From contig JBBDYO010000047.1 of the NCBI GenBank assembly GCA_040901495.1, positions 1-63,416 on the forward strand: a DNA stretch of 63,416 bases, given 5' to 3'. The notes under the pieces were generated by a model. That model was not told the DNA's origin. It ran no database searches and saw nothing but the letters and a program-made list of their open reading frames with translations. This stretch comes from Solirubrobacterales bacterium (GTDB taxonomy: Bacteria > Actinomycetota > Thermoleophilia > Solirubrobacterales > 70-9). Numbering within the stretch: position 1 is the first letter of the stretch; each line of letters starts with the position of its first letter. The translations under genes and the position numbers were made by a program. Shown piece after piece: positions 1 through 8,438 of this stretch.

Positions 1-33
1 GAACCGCAACCGCGGCCAGCAGGCCGGCGGCGC

Positions 34-891
34 TCACTCGACCACCTTCGAGAGGCGCCGGATAGCGACAAATCCCGCGAGCTGAAGAACGGCGGCAAAG
101 GCCAGGAGGAACGCCGGGGCGGGTGCGCCCAGCACCTTGGCAAGAAAGCCCGGGTAGAGCAGCTCGGCGAAGAGGGCGCCGCCGGTCGGCATCGCGACGA
201 CCAGCAAGCCGGTGAAGCGGGCCTGCGCGGTCGCCGCGTGGGCGTCCTCGGCGACCCGGTCGCGCTCGGCGGCGCCTTCGCCGAAGCGGCGCAGCAGGCT
301 GGCCAGGTCTCCCCCCGCCAGTCGCTGGCTGAGCAGGGCGGCGGCGAAGGCATCAACCCGCGGCGAGCGCATGCGCCGGCGCCATTCCTCGACCGCATCG
401 ACGGTCGGTGCGCCCAGGTCGAGCTCTGCCCCGAGGCGTGCCAGCTCAACCGCGGCCGGACCGTCGAGCGAGCCCGCCGCGGCCGGCAGGGAAGCGCGCA
501 ACGACCGCCCCGCCGTCAGCGAGTCGGCGATAGCGACGGCGACATCCGGCAGGGCGCGCTCCACCGCGGACCGGTAGCGGCCGCGCCGGCTCGAGACCGC
601 CCATGCAGCAAGCGCCGGGCCGGCTACGGCCAGCGGGATGGCAACCATCGCCCCCGCCAGAAACCAACCACCGGCCAGGGCGGCGCCGGCCCCAAGCAGA
701 GCGAGGCGACGGCGCTCCAGGTCCGAGGGCGCGTAACCCTCACGCCCCGCCCGCTGCAGGGGCTCCAGCGCCAGCCGCAGCCAGCTTGCAGCGGCGGGGC
801 TCGCCAGCACCGCCTCCCGCACGGCCAGCGCCGTCAGCCCCCCAGCGATGGCGCCCGCCAGTAGGAGCAGGAGGCTCGGGTCGCCGCTCAC
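34..891 (-). CDS. Tad/Flp pilus assembly membrane protein, TadB-like (type II secretion system F family)
   Basis: 285-aa ORF with N- and C-terminal hydrophobic helices and a soluble middle typical of T2SS-F/TadB. Start overlaps the stop of the upstream CpaF-type ATPase gene. Confidence 0.6.
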   Translation of the reverse strand: MSGDPSLLLLLAGAIAGGLTALAVREAVLASPAAASWLRLALEPLQRAGREGYAPSDLERRRLALLGAGAALAGGWFLAGAMVAIPLAVAGPALAAWAVSSRRGRYRSAVERALPDVAVAIADSLTAGRSLRASLPAAAGSLDGPAAVELARLGAELDLGAPTVDAVEEWRRRMRSPRVDAFAAALLSQRLAGGDLASLLRRFGEGAAERDRVAEDAHAATAQARFTGLLVVAMPTGGALFAELLYPGFLAKVLGAPAPAFLLAFAAVLQLAGFVAIRRLSKVVE

Positions 892-2033
892 CGGGCCGAC
901 GAAGGGTCGGGCAGCGATCTGACCGCCGTTGCGCCGGCGGTCCGCACCACCTCGGCGATCTCGGTCACCAGCCTGGTCCCGTCCGAGCGACGCTCCAGGT
1001 GCACGACCAGGTCGATTCCCCGCTGGACCTGCGAGGCGATCGCCTCGTGCGGCAGGCCCACGCCCGCCATCAGGGCGAGCGTCTCGAGCCTGCTCAGGGC
1101 ATCGGCCGGCGAGTTGGCGTGAATGGTGGAGAGCGCGCCGTCGTGACCGGTGTTCAGCGCGGTGAGCAGGTCAAGCGCCTCGGCGCCCCGCACCTCGCCG
1201 ATCACGATCCGGTCGGGACGCATCCGCAGGGCGTTGCGCAACAGGTCGCGAATCGTCACCTCCCCCCTGCCCTCGACGCTGGGCGGCCGGCTCTCCAGCC
1301 GCACCACATGCGGCTGCTGGAGGCGAAGCTCGGCGGCGTCCTCGATCGTCACCACCCGCTCGCCCTCCGCGATGAAGCTCGAGAGGGCGTTGAGCATCGT
1401 CGTCTTGCCGGAGCCGGTGCCACCGCTGACCAGGACGCTGCGCCGGGCGGCGACCGCCTGGGCCAGCAGCTCGTGCTGCGCCTCTGTAAGCGAGCCGAGG
1501 CTGACCAGCTCTCGCGGGCCGGGACGCTTCGCGCCAAAGCGCCGGATCGAGAGCGTCGGCCCGTCGATCGCCAGGGGCGGGATCACGACGTTGACCCGGG
1601 AGCCGTCGGCAAGCCGGGCATCGACCATCGGGCTCAGCTCGTCGACGCGCCGTCCCAACGGAGCAAGGATGCGCTCGATCGCGTTGCGCAACTCGTCCTC
1701 GCCGGCGAACGCCACCCCAGCGGGCTCGATCCTCCCGCCTCGCTCCACATATACGCACCCGGGGCCGTTGACCATCACCTCCTCGACAGCGGCATCGGCC
1801 AGCAGGTCCTCGAGCGGCCCGAGCCCGACCGTGTCTCGAAGGATGCGGGCCGCGATCGCCTCGCGATCCGCGGTGCTCAGCAGCGCCGTCTCCCTCTCAA
1901 CCAGCTCATCGACCTCATCGGCGAGCTCTCCCGGCTGGGAGGCGCCCGTCGCGGCGCTGGAGCGACGCTGCTCGATCAGCCGAACCCGGAGCGAGTCCGC
2001 GAGCTCCTCGACATGCCGCTGCCTCGCCTCCAT
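888..2033 (-). CDS. cpaF: CpaF/TadA-family pilus assembly ATPase
   Basis: Walker [15 protein letters not shown]; VTIEDAAEL and [14 protein letters not shown] motifs of the VirB11/CpaF family. ATG at 2033 lies 1 nt after the cpaB stop; the ORF track allows an alternative start at 2084. Confidence 0.85.
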   Translation of the reverse strand: MEARQRHVEELADSLRVRLIEQRRSSAATGASQPGELADEVDELVERETALLSTADREAIAARILRDTVGLGPLEDLLADAAVEEVMVNGPGCVYVERGGRIEPAGVAFAGEDELRNAIERILAPLGRRVDELSPMVDARLADGSRVNVVIPPLAIDGPTLSIRRFGAKRPGPRELVSLGSLTEAQHELLAQAVAARRSVLVSGGTGSGKTTMLNALSSFIAEGERVVTIEDAAELRLQQPHVVRLESRPPSVEGRGEVTIRDLLRNALRMRPDRIVIGEVRGAEALDLLTALNTGHDGALSTIHANSPADALSRLETLALMAGVGLPHEAIASQVQRGIDLVVHLERRSDGTRLVTEIAEVVRTAGATAVRSLPDPSSAR

Positions 2034-2034
2034 C

Positions 2035-2691
2035 TCAGCCCACCGGAAGCAGGGTGAGCTTGCGAGCAAAGCTTTCGGCGGCAATCAGGCTCAGCGCCTG
2101 GCTCTTCGTCAGGCCGAGCGTCGCGGCGGCGAGCCCACCAGCGCCGGAGCCTTCGACCCCACGCCTCAGGGCAAGCAACGGCACGCCCGCCGCGGCGACA
2201 TAGGTGCGACCCGGCCCGGCGCCATCGGGTTCGGTGGTCACCACCACGTCCACCTTCGCGCCGGCCACGGTGGGCCCGGTCGCGAACAGGGCGTCGGCGC
2301 CGCTGACCAAGATCTCAACCGGACGACGGCCGCGACCCAAGCCGTTGGTGGCCGGGCTCCCCCGTCGCGGGGGACGCAGTTGCGCCGCCAAGAGATAGGA
2401 GCCCGCCGGCAGCATCGCCGCGGGGACGAGGCCAAGCGCTTCCTCCGGAACGACAAGCGCGCCGCTGGGAACGAACCGCTCCGGAACGCGGCGTACCGCC
2501 AGGCTCGAAGCGATGACCGCGGGGTCGATCCGCTCCCTGGCGGGAATATCGGCGCCGATGACAACGACTGGGCGCAGCGGCCCATAGCCACTGGCAACAC
2601 TCGACCCGTAACGATCGGCGATTCCGGCCGCTGCCGCCGCGGTGACCAGAGCGAGCAGAAAGAAGGCGAGCGCGCGGCCGCGCCGGCTCAT
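2035..2691 (-). CDS. cpaB: Flp pilus assembly protein CpaB/RcpC-like (SAF domain)
   Basis: 218 aa with an N-terminal membrane anchor followed by a SAF-like region, immediately upstream of cpaF. Overlaps the histidine kinase stop. Confidence 0.6.
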   Translation of the reverse strand: MSRRGRALAFFLLALVTAAAAAGIADRYGSSVASGYGPLRPVVVIGADIPARERIDPAVIASSLAVRRVPERFVPSGALVVPEEALGLVPAAMLPAGSYLLAAQLRPPRRGSPATNGLGRGRRPVEILVSGADALFATGPTVAGAKVDVVVTTEPDGAGPGRTYVAAAGVPLLALRRGVEGSGAGGLAAATLGLTKSQALSLIAAESFARKLTLLPVG

Positions 2692-3416
2692 GCGGCCAGC
2701 CCGGCTCCACTCGATGCCAGGGGCAGCTCAAGCACGGCGACCGACCCCGAGTCCGAGCAGCGCAGCACCAGCCGGCCTTCGTGAGCGGCGACGATTCGGC
2801 GCACCACGGCGAGCCCGTGTCCATGCCGGCGCCTACCCGCAAGGCGAGCAATCACATCGGCGGGCGTTTCCTCCCGCGACTCCGGCCGGGCGGCGCGCCC
2901 GGAATCCGTTACCGAGACTCGCAGCCGACCACTCTGGACCTGGGCTTCGACCGCGATCGACGGGCCTCCGTGCTCGATCGCGTTGACGATCAGGTTGTCG
3001 AGCGCCTGGGAGAGCTCGGACCGGTCGCCGTCGACGACCGCCCTGCCGGCACGCCAGCGCATCGTCAGCGAATCGCCAATGAGATTTGCTCGTGCCTTCC
3101 AGCGCCCGACCGCCGCTTCGACCAGGGGCTGCGCCGAGAGTTCCTCGCGCGTGCCCCGCGGAGCGCCGCCGTTGATCTCACAGTCGAGGCGTTCCAGGGC
3201 CGCCGCGGCGAGCTGTGCCGAGCTCTCGACGTGGCCGGCGCCAACGGGCCCTTGATCCGTCGCCAGGACGATCGCCTGCAGGGGGCGGCGCAACTCGTGG
3301 AGCGCCGCGTTCAGCGCGGTGCGCCTCCTGCCGGCGCGCAGCCCCTGAGCGGTGATCACCATCGCCAGCGAAGCGGCGATGGGCCAGGCGGCGCCGATGC
3401 TGATCAGGTCGCTCAT
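2688..3416 (-). CDS. sensor histidine kinase
   Basis: H-box [11 protein letters not shown]-box [13 protein letters not shown]-box GHGLAVV. ATG at 3416 makes an ATGA overlap with the response-regulator stop. Confidence 0.8.
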   Translation of the reverse strand: MSDLISIGAAWPIAASLAMVITAQGLRAGRRRTALNAALHELRRPLQAIVLATDQGPVGAGHVESSAQLAAAALERLDCEINGGAPRGTREELSAQPLVEAAVGRWKARANLIGDSLTMRWRAGRAVVDGDRSELSQALDNLIVNAIEHGGPSIAVEAQVQSGRLRVSVTDSGRAARPESREETPADVIARLAGRRRHGHGLAVVRRIVAAHEGRLVLRCSDSGSVAVLELPLASSGAGLAA

Positions 3417-4126
3417 CCATCCACCAGCCTGTATCCGACGCCCCAGCAATTGACCACGTAGAGCCCGTGCTCGGGGTCGAGTTTGCGGCGCAGCCGGCTG
3501 GCGTGCGAGTCGAGCGTCCGCGTACGGGCAGCGGTCCGGAAGCCCCAGACCTCACCGAGCAGCTCCCGCTTGGAGAAGACCCTGTGCGGCTCAGAGGCGA
3601 GGACGCGCAGGAGCGAAAACTCTTTGTTCGAGAGCTGGACCTCCCGCTCCCCCACCCACACCTTCCGCCGCGCCGGGTCGACCACCAACTCGCCCACGCG
3701 GCACGGGCCCTCGCGGCGCTCGCCGCGACGGCGCAGCACCGCGGCGATCCGCGCCCGCAGCTCGGGGTAATGGAAGGGCTTGACCAGATAGTCGTCGGCC
3801 CCGCACTCGAGACCGCGGACGCGATCCTCGGCTGCGCCGCGACCGGTGAGGACGATCACCGGAAGATTGGGGTCGAAGCGGGACCCGGCCTCATCCGCCT
3901 CGCGCAGCTCCCGCAGGACGTCCAGCCCCGCCGCATCGGGCAGCGTCAGGTCAAGCAGCATCAGGTCGGGCTGCTTGTAACGGCAGAGCCGCAGCGCATC
4001 GGAAGCGCTGGGCGCCGGCAACACCCCAAACCTGTCGGCAACCAGGTGGTCGCAAAGCAACTCGAGCGTCACCGCATCGTCCTCGCAGACCACGACACTG
4101 GCTATCTCGCGTTTCTGGGGAAGCAT
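3413..4126 (-). CDS. OmpR-family response regulator
   Basis: Receiver domain (DLMLLDLTLPD, KPF) plus a winged-helix C-terminus (LSNKEFSLLRVL ... GVGYRL). Confidence 0.9.
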   Translation of the reverse strand: MLPQKREIASVVVCEDDAVTLELLCDHLVADRFGVLPAPSASDALRLCRYKQPDLMLLDLTLPDAAGLDVLRELREADEAGSRFDPNLPVIVLTGRGAAEDRVRGLECGADDYLVKPFHYPELRARIAAVLRRRGERREGPCRVGELVVDPARRKVWVGEREVQLSNKEFSLLRVLASEPHRVFSKRELLGEVWGFRTAARTRTLDSHASRLRRKLDPEHGLYVVNCWGVGYRLVDG

Positions 4127-4295
4127 CTATGCGTGTAAGGAGCGAGCCAGTCAATCTCTCCCCCCTGAGGCCGCCCGCTCCACGCACCGAGCAAGCACCC
4201 TGCGGCAATCGAGCGCACCGCAACCCGATCGCCCCTGCTGGACGAACGCGCTCGGGGCGGGCCCCTCGCGGGAGCGGATGGAGCCCCGATCGTGC

Positions 4296-4622
4296 TCACC
4301 GTGGCCCTCGCGCCGGCTGCGCGAGCTCGAGAACGGCATCGGCCCGGCGGTTGGCGACGAAGCATCGACTGGAGACGGCGCGGTGAACCGAAAGGGGAAG
4401 GCCGCGGTGGTCAAGGAAGACGATGTCAATCGGGAACCTCATCCCGAAGGTATGGACGCTGAAACAGCGGGGGATCAGCAATCCGGGGCCAGCCTCCTCG
4501 CGGTCGAGATACGCCAGGCCCAGCAGGCGGGCCCTGGGGCCCGTTGCCACGGGGACCTCTCGGCCAAAGAACTCGGCGGTCGGCAGACTGCTGAGCCGCG
4601 GCGCAATGCTTTCGGGTTGCAT
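4296..4622 (-). CDS. DUF192 domain protein
   Basis: 108 aa with HTFGMRFPIDIVFLD and AVLEL motifs typical of DUF192. Confidence 0.6.
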   Translation of the reverse strand: MQPESIAPRLSSLPTAEFFGREVPVATGPRARLLGLAYLDREEAGPGLLIPRCFSVHTFGMRFPIDIVFLDHRGLPLSVHRAVSSRCFVANRRADAVLELAQPARGPR

Positions 4623-4782
4623 GACGAGTTAAGCGGGGCGAGGGGCAAACTCGCCCCCACCCAAACCCCACGCGGTGCAAACGCTGTTTCAGGGATCACG
4701 CCAGGGGGCCTCGGGCTACGATGAACAGGCATGATCCAGCACCTGTTCGCGCTGGGCTTGCGCGAGCGGATGGGCTTCAACT

Positions 4783-5262
4783 GTGAATAGGAAGACAACT
4801 CAAAGAGGGAACTACGAGTCGGGGTCCGACTACGTGCTCGAGTACGGCGAGCTCCGCTTTGCCTTCAACGAGGAGGACTTCGGACAGCGCGTCGAGCAGG
4901 CCGCTGTCAAATTGGGCTTCGTCCAGCAGGGGCTGAGCCGCGAGGAGCTCGACGATCTGCTCGACCTGGCCGTGAATGGAGAGATCACCGAGCCCAACTC
5001 CGGCCTCGGCGATCACATCAACGAGAGCTGGGAGGACCTCGTTGGGCCCGCCAACCGCAGCCTCGTGCACTGGCTGCGGCGCCTCGTCTTCCGCGGCGCC
5101 TGGCTCGACCAGCGCGTAAAGGAGGGCGAGCTGGACGTCGTCTTCGACGAGCGCACCCAGACCTTCGGCTACGTCCAGCCAGATCGCAGCAGGGAGCTGA
5201 TCGAGCTCTCCAAAGAGCCTTCCTGGCGCCGCATCGCCTACCGGCGCCAAGAGTCTTACTAA
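4783..5262 (+). CDS. hypothetical acidic protein
   Basis: 159-aa ORF with coding-like GC3, no recognisable motif, GTG start with weak RBS. Confidence 0.4.
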   Translation: MNRKTTQRGNYESGSDYVLEYGELRFAFNEEDFGQRVEQAAVKLGFVQQGLSREELDDLLDLAVNGEITEPNSGLGDHINESWEDLVGPANRSLVHWLRRLVFRGAWLDQRVKEGELDVVFDERTQTFGYVQPDRSRELIELSKEPSWRRIAYRRQESY

Positions 5263-5285
5263 GAACCTGCCCTAAGCCGCGACGG

Positions 5286-6137
5286 CTACTCGGGCTTCTC
5301 GACCGCCGCGACCACCGTCAGCGAGCCGCTTCCACCCTGGCTCAGCTTTCCGCTGGCGTCAAACAGCTCCTTGGCCGCGCCGGTGCCACCGTATGCCTCG
5401 GCAAAGCGGCTGAGCGAATCGATCAGGACGATCACGTTTTCTCCGCCATCGGCGCGGCGCACGGCCTGGGCGATCGCGTCGTCGGCGTGCCGAGCCTGGC
5501 CCGCGGCGACGATCTCGGCCTGCGGCACCTCACGCCTCCAGTCGGCCAGCTCCTCGGGGGTGGGGTCGGCCAGAAGCGCAATCGGGTCGGGGCCCTGCGA
5601 CGCCGTGGCCAGCTCGGCCGCGACCTCGCGCAGGAGCGCTGTGCACTCCTCCCTGCTCCCGGCGTAGACGACCGCTTGGCGCCCCGACATCGGCGGCAGC
5701 AGCAGATCGTGGACGCGAACGCCCTTGGGGCGCCGGCCCCAGCGACGGCGACGGCGTTTGCGTTTCGGGCGCCCGGGCTCAGACTGAGGCTGGGAAGCCT
5801 CGGGTTTGGGAGGTGACGGCGGGCTTGCCTCCGGTTTCCTTTGCCTGGTCGATCCGGAACCGCCGCTTTTGGGACCGGAAGACTCTGACCGGCGGCCACC
5901 ACCGCCACCGCCCCCCTGTCCGCCCCGGCTTCTCCTGCGCGGTGGGCGCTGGCGCGCGGGCCCACGGTCGGACGTGGGACCGCGGTCGGACGCTTGCTTC
6001 GGCGCGCCCCCTCCGCCGCCGCTCAGCTTCGCGATCAGCTCTCCGCGGGGCAGCATCCTGTAGCGCTCCACACCCGCATCGGCGGCTAGCGCGTGCAACT
6101 CGGCGAGGGACTTGGACTCCAGCTCAGATTTGTTCAC
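5286..6137 (-). CDS. Rho-like protein: Rho_N domain, Arg/Gly/Pro-rich linker, degenerate truncated RecA-type domain
   Basis: The N-terminus LAELHALAADAGVERYRMLPRGELIAKL matches Rho_N. The C-terminus aligns to the Rho ATPase core (VIVLIDSLSRFAEAY vs Rho VIILLDSITRLARAYN; GSGSLTVVAAV vs GGSLTIIATAL). Where the Walker A should be, the sequence reads AGSREEC. Confidence 0.6.
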   Translation of the reverse strand: MNKSELESKSLAELHALAADAGVERYRMLPRGELIAKLSGGGGGAPKQASDRGPTSDRGPARQRPPRRRSRGGQGGGGGGGRRSESSGPKSGGSGSTRQRKPEASPPSPPKPEASQPQSEPGRPKRKRRRRRWGRRPKGVRVHDLLLPPMSGRQAVVYAGSREECTALLREVAAELATASQGPDPIALLADPTPEELADWRREVPQAEIVAAGQARHADDAIAQAVRRADGGENVIVLIDSLSRFAEAYGGTGAAKELFDASGKLSQGGSGSLTVVAAVEKPE

Positions 6138-6170
6138 GCGCGCAGGTTATTCAACCGGCGTAGTGGAGGC

Positions 6171-7847
6171 TCAGGAGCTCGCGCCGGCGGGATCGATCCC
6201 GGCCTCGGCCGCCGCGGCCGGCCAGGCCTCCGCCTCGCGCTCGATGCGCTCCTCCGACCAGCCCAGCTCCGCGCCGAGCACCTCGGCAACCGGGCGGGCG
6301 GCCTCGGCCGTCCGCAGCTGTGGCGCGGCGAGCAGCCCCAAGCGGGTTCGGCGGAGCAGCACGTCGGCGACGCAGCGGGCCTGCTCGAGACGGGCGGCGA
6401 TTGTCGCCTCCGCCAACAGGTCAGGGCGGCCCTCGACGATCGGCGCAGCCAGCTTCGGGTCCTCACGGGCAACGTTCAGGACGGCGCGCACCGCGTGCCC
6501 GTAGCGGAAGGCGAGCTGAGATAGCGACTCCTCCCCCACCCCCTCCGGCGCCTCCAGGTCCTCGGGGCGAGCCTCCATCCCGAGCGGGATCTCCGCCGTG
6601 TGGCAGGGCGCATCGCGGCCCTCGCGCTCGACCAGCCGGTCGACGGTTTGCTTCGCCATCCGCCGCCAGGTCGTCAGCTTGCCGCCGGTGATCGTCAGCA
6701 TCCCGGAAGAGGTCTCATATAGCTCCGCCTTGCGGGAGATGTCGACCGACTTCTTCGGGTCGCCGGTTGAGAGCAGAGGCCGCACTCCGGCGTAGGCACC
6801 GACCAGATCGTCCCGCGTCAGCGAAAGGTCGAAGAACGTATTGACCGCATCGAGCAGGTAGTCGATGTCCTCGCTGGCCGGCTGGGGGTGGTCGATGTCG
6901 CCATCGAAGTCGTTGTCGGTCGTGCCGACCAGGGTGCGCCCGTACCAGGGCAGCGCGAAGATCGCGCGGCCTTCGCCGGCCGGGACGATGCAGGCAGCGC
7001 TTCCGGTCGCAAGGTCGTTGCGGTCCAGCAGCAGGTGGGTGCCGCGGCTGGGCGTGATCCGCGGCACGTCCTCCTCCTCGAACACCTCCGGACGGATGCG
7101 GTCCGCCCAGACCCCGGTTGCGTTGACGACGTGGTCGGCTTCGACCTCGAAGCGCTCGCCCGACTCGGCCTCGACGAAGGCGACCCCGGACGCCCGGTCC
7201 TTGGTCGTCAGCACCTCGGTCACCTCGGCGCCGTTCAACATCACCGCGCCGAAGCGTTCGGCCTCCCCCAGGATGGTGAGGACCAGGCGCACGTCGTCGG
7301 TCTGGCAGTCGTAGAAGAGGTAGGCGTCCTTCGGGTCGCGAACCTCCAGCGCGGGGACCATCTCCAGCACCTCGTCGTGGTCGATCGTCCGGTGGCGGTC
7401 GGGGGACCAGTAGAAGTCCTCGTCCTCCTCCTTGGAGGACCGCATCTCCCGCCGGCCGCGACCGACCCGCGTCGTCGCCATCGCGTCGTACATGTTCAGC
7501 CCGAGCCCGAGCCCGCGCTGGCGACGCTCCTCGGCGAAGGCGGGGACGAGGAAGGGCGTCGGGTAGACGAGATGCGGCGCCAGCTGGACCATCAGCTGGC
7601 GCTCCAGCAGCGCCTCGCGAACAAGGCCGAGGTCGAAGTTCTGCAGGTAGCGGAGGCCGCCGTGGACCATCTTCGAAGAGCGGCTCGAGGTCCCGATCGC
7701 GTAGTCGCCGCGCTCCAGCAGCGCCACCGAGTAACCGCGCGAGGCGGCATCGAGGGCGACGCCGGAGCCGGTGATCCCGCCGCCGATCACGACGACCTCG
7801 AAGCGCTGTCCGGCAATCTCCTCCACCGCTGTGGCCCGGGTGAGCAT
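6171..7847 (-). CDS. glpD: FAD-dependent glycerol-3-phosphate dehydrogenase
   Basis: VVVIGGGITGSGVALDAASRG dinucleotide fold, SSRSSKMVHGGLRYL motif, 558 aa. Confidence 0.9.
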   Translation of the reverse strand: MLTRATAVEEIAGQRFEVVVIGGGITGSGVALDAASRGYSVALLERGDYAIGTSSRSSKMVHGGLRYLQNFDLGLVREALLERQLMVQLAPHLVYPTPFLVPAFAEERRQRGLGLGLNMYDAMATTRVGRGRREMRSSKEEDEDFYWSPDRHRTIDHDEVLEMVPALEVRDPKDAYLFYDCQTDDVRLVLTILGEAERFGAVMLNGAEVTEVLTTKDRASGVAFVEAESGERFEVEADHVVNATGVWADRIRPEVFEEEDVPRITPSRGTHLLLDRNDLATGSAACIVPAGEGRAIFALPWYGRTLVGTTDNDFDGDIDHPQPASEDIDYLLDAVNTFFDLSLTRDDLVGAYAGVRPLLSTGDPKKSVDISRKAELYETSSGMLTITGGKLTTWRRMAKQTVDRLVEREGRDAPCHTAEIPLGMEARPEDLEAPEGVGEESLSQLAFRYGHAVRAVLNVAREDPKLAAPIVEGRPDLLAEATIAARLEQARCVADVLLRRTRLGLLAAPQLRTAEAARPVAEVLGAELGWSEERIEREAEAWPAAAAEAGIDPAGASS

Positions 7848-8356
7848 CAGTCGAGGAAAACCGTCGTCTCGGTCACAAGCGGCCGTTCCGGTGGAGCCTG
7901 CTCCTGGCGCGGCAGGCCAAGGTGAAGCAGGCCGACGAAGCGCTCTGCGGCCGACAGCTCGACCGCCAGGCGCCCCTCCTCGGTGCGCAGCAGCTCCGGC
8001 GTCCGCCAGTACCCGGCGAAACCGCGGGCGTGCGCGGCCAGCAGCACGATGTAGGAGGCGACGGCAGCGGCGTGCAGGTCCTCCTCGTCTTGGACCGGGT
8101 CGCCGCCGAGCAGACAGGAGACGACGATCAGCGTGGGAGCGCGATCGAGCTTGGCGGCGCCCTCCGGCCCAACCGCCTCCTTCAGCCGCTCCAGCGCCCG
8201 CGGCCCGACCACGCGGAAGCGCCAGGGAGCCGTCAGGTGATGGTTGGGCGCCCAGCGGGCCAGCTCGAGCAGCCCCTCGATCTCTTCCCGCTCCAATCGC
8301 TCCGCGCCGAATGCCTTATGGGTGCGGCGGGTCCGGATCGCGGTCTCAACGTCCAT
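7847..8356 (-). CDS. small nitroreductase-family protein
   Basis: 169 aa starting MDVETAIRTRRTHKAF, with WAPNHHLTAPWRF typical of nitroreductases. The longer ORF up to 8872 overlaps the upstream gene and is Arg/Pro junk. The stop overlaps the glpD start by 1 nt. Confidence 0.7.
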   Translation of the reverse strand: MDVETAIRTRRTHKAFGAERLEREEIEGLLELARWAPNHHLTAPWRFRVVGPRALERLKEAVGPEGAAKLDRAPTLIVVSCLLGGDPVQDEEDLHAAAVASYIVLLAAHARGFAGYWRTPELLRTEEGRLAVELSAAERFVGLLHLGLPRQEQAPPERPLVTETTVFLD

Positions 8357-8438
8357 CCCCGCGAGGGTATAGACCGTCAACGCCGTTCCCCCATCGGCAG
8401 CCGACCCACTTCCGCACGATGGACGTTTCGAGGCGGGG

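Noticed and set aside
603-2057. Long Arg/Pro/Gly-rich ORFs antisense or out of frame to real genes. Examples: 603-2057 (+), 1150-2784 (+), 38159-40012 (+), 45085-46362 (+), 49024-49833 (-), 50058-51689 (-), 52727-54883 (-), 61888-63258 (+).
   Set aside because: These are typical high-GC artefacts. They have no motifs and low-complexity RPGA composition, and each fully overlaps a gene with clear family motifs on the other strand or frame.
4634-4659. Hairpin GGGGCGAG-GGGCAAA-CTCGCCCC between divergent genes.
   Set aside because: It is not downstream of any gene and has no U-tract. It could be a 5' UTR structure, but nothing supports a specific function.
7847-8356. Nitroreductase downstream of the B12 operon as a BluB (DMB synthase) candidate.
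   Set aside because: At 169 aa it is much shorter than BluB, and I could not recognise BluB-specific features. It is separated from the operon by an 82-nt gap and translationally coupled to glpD instead.
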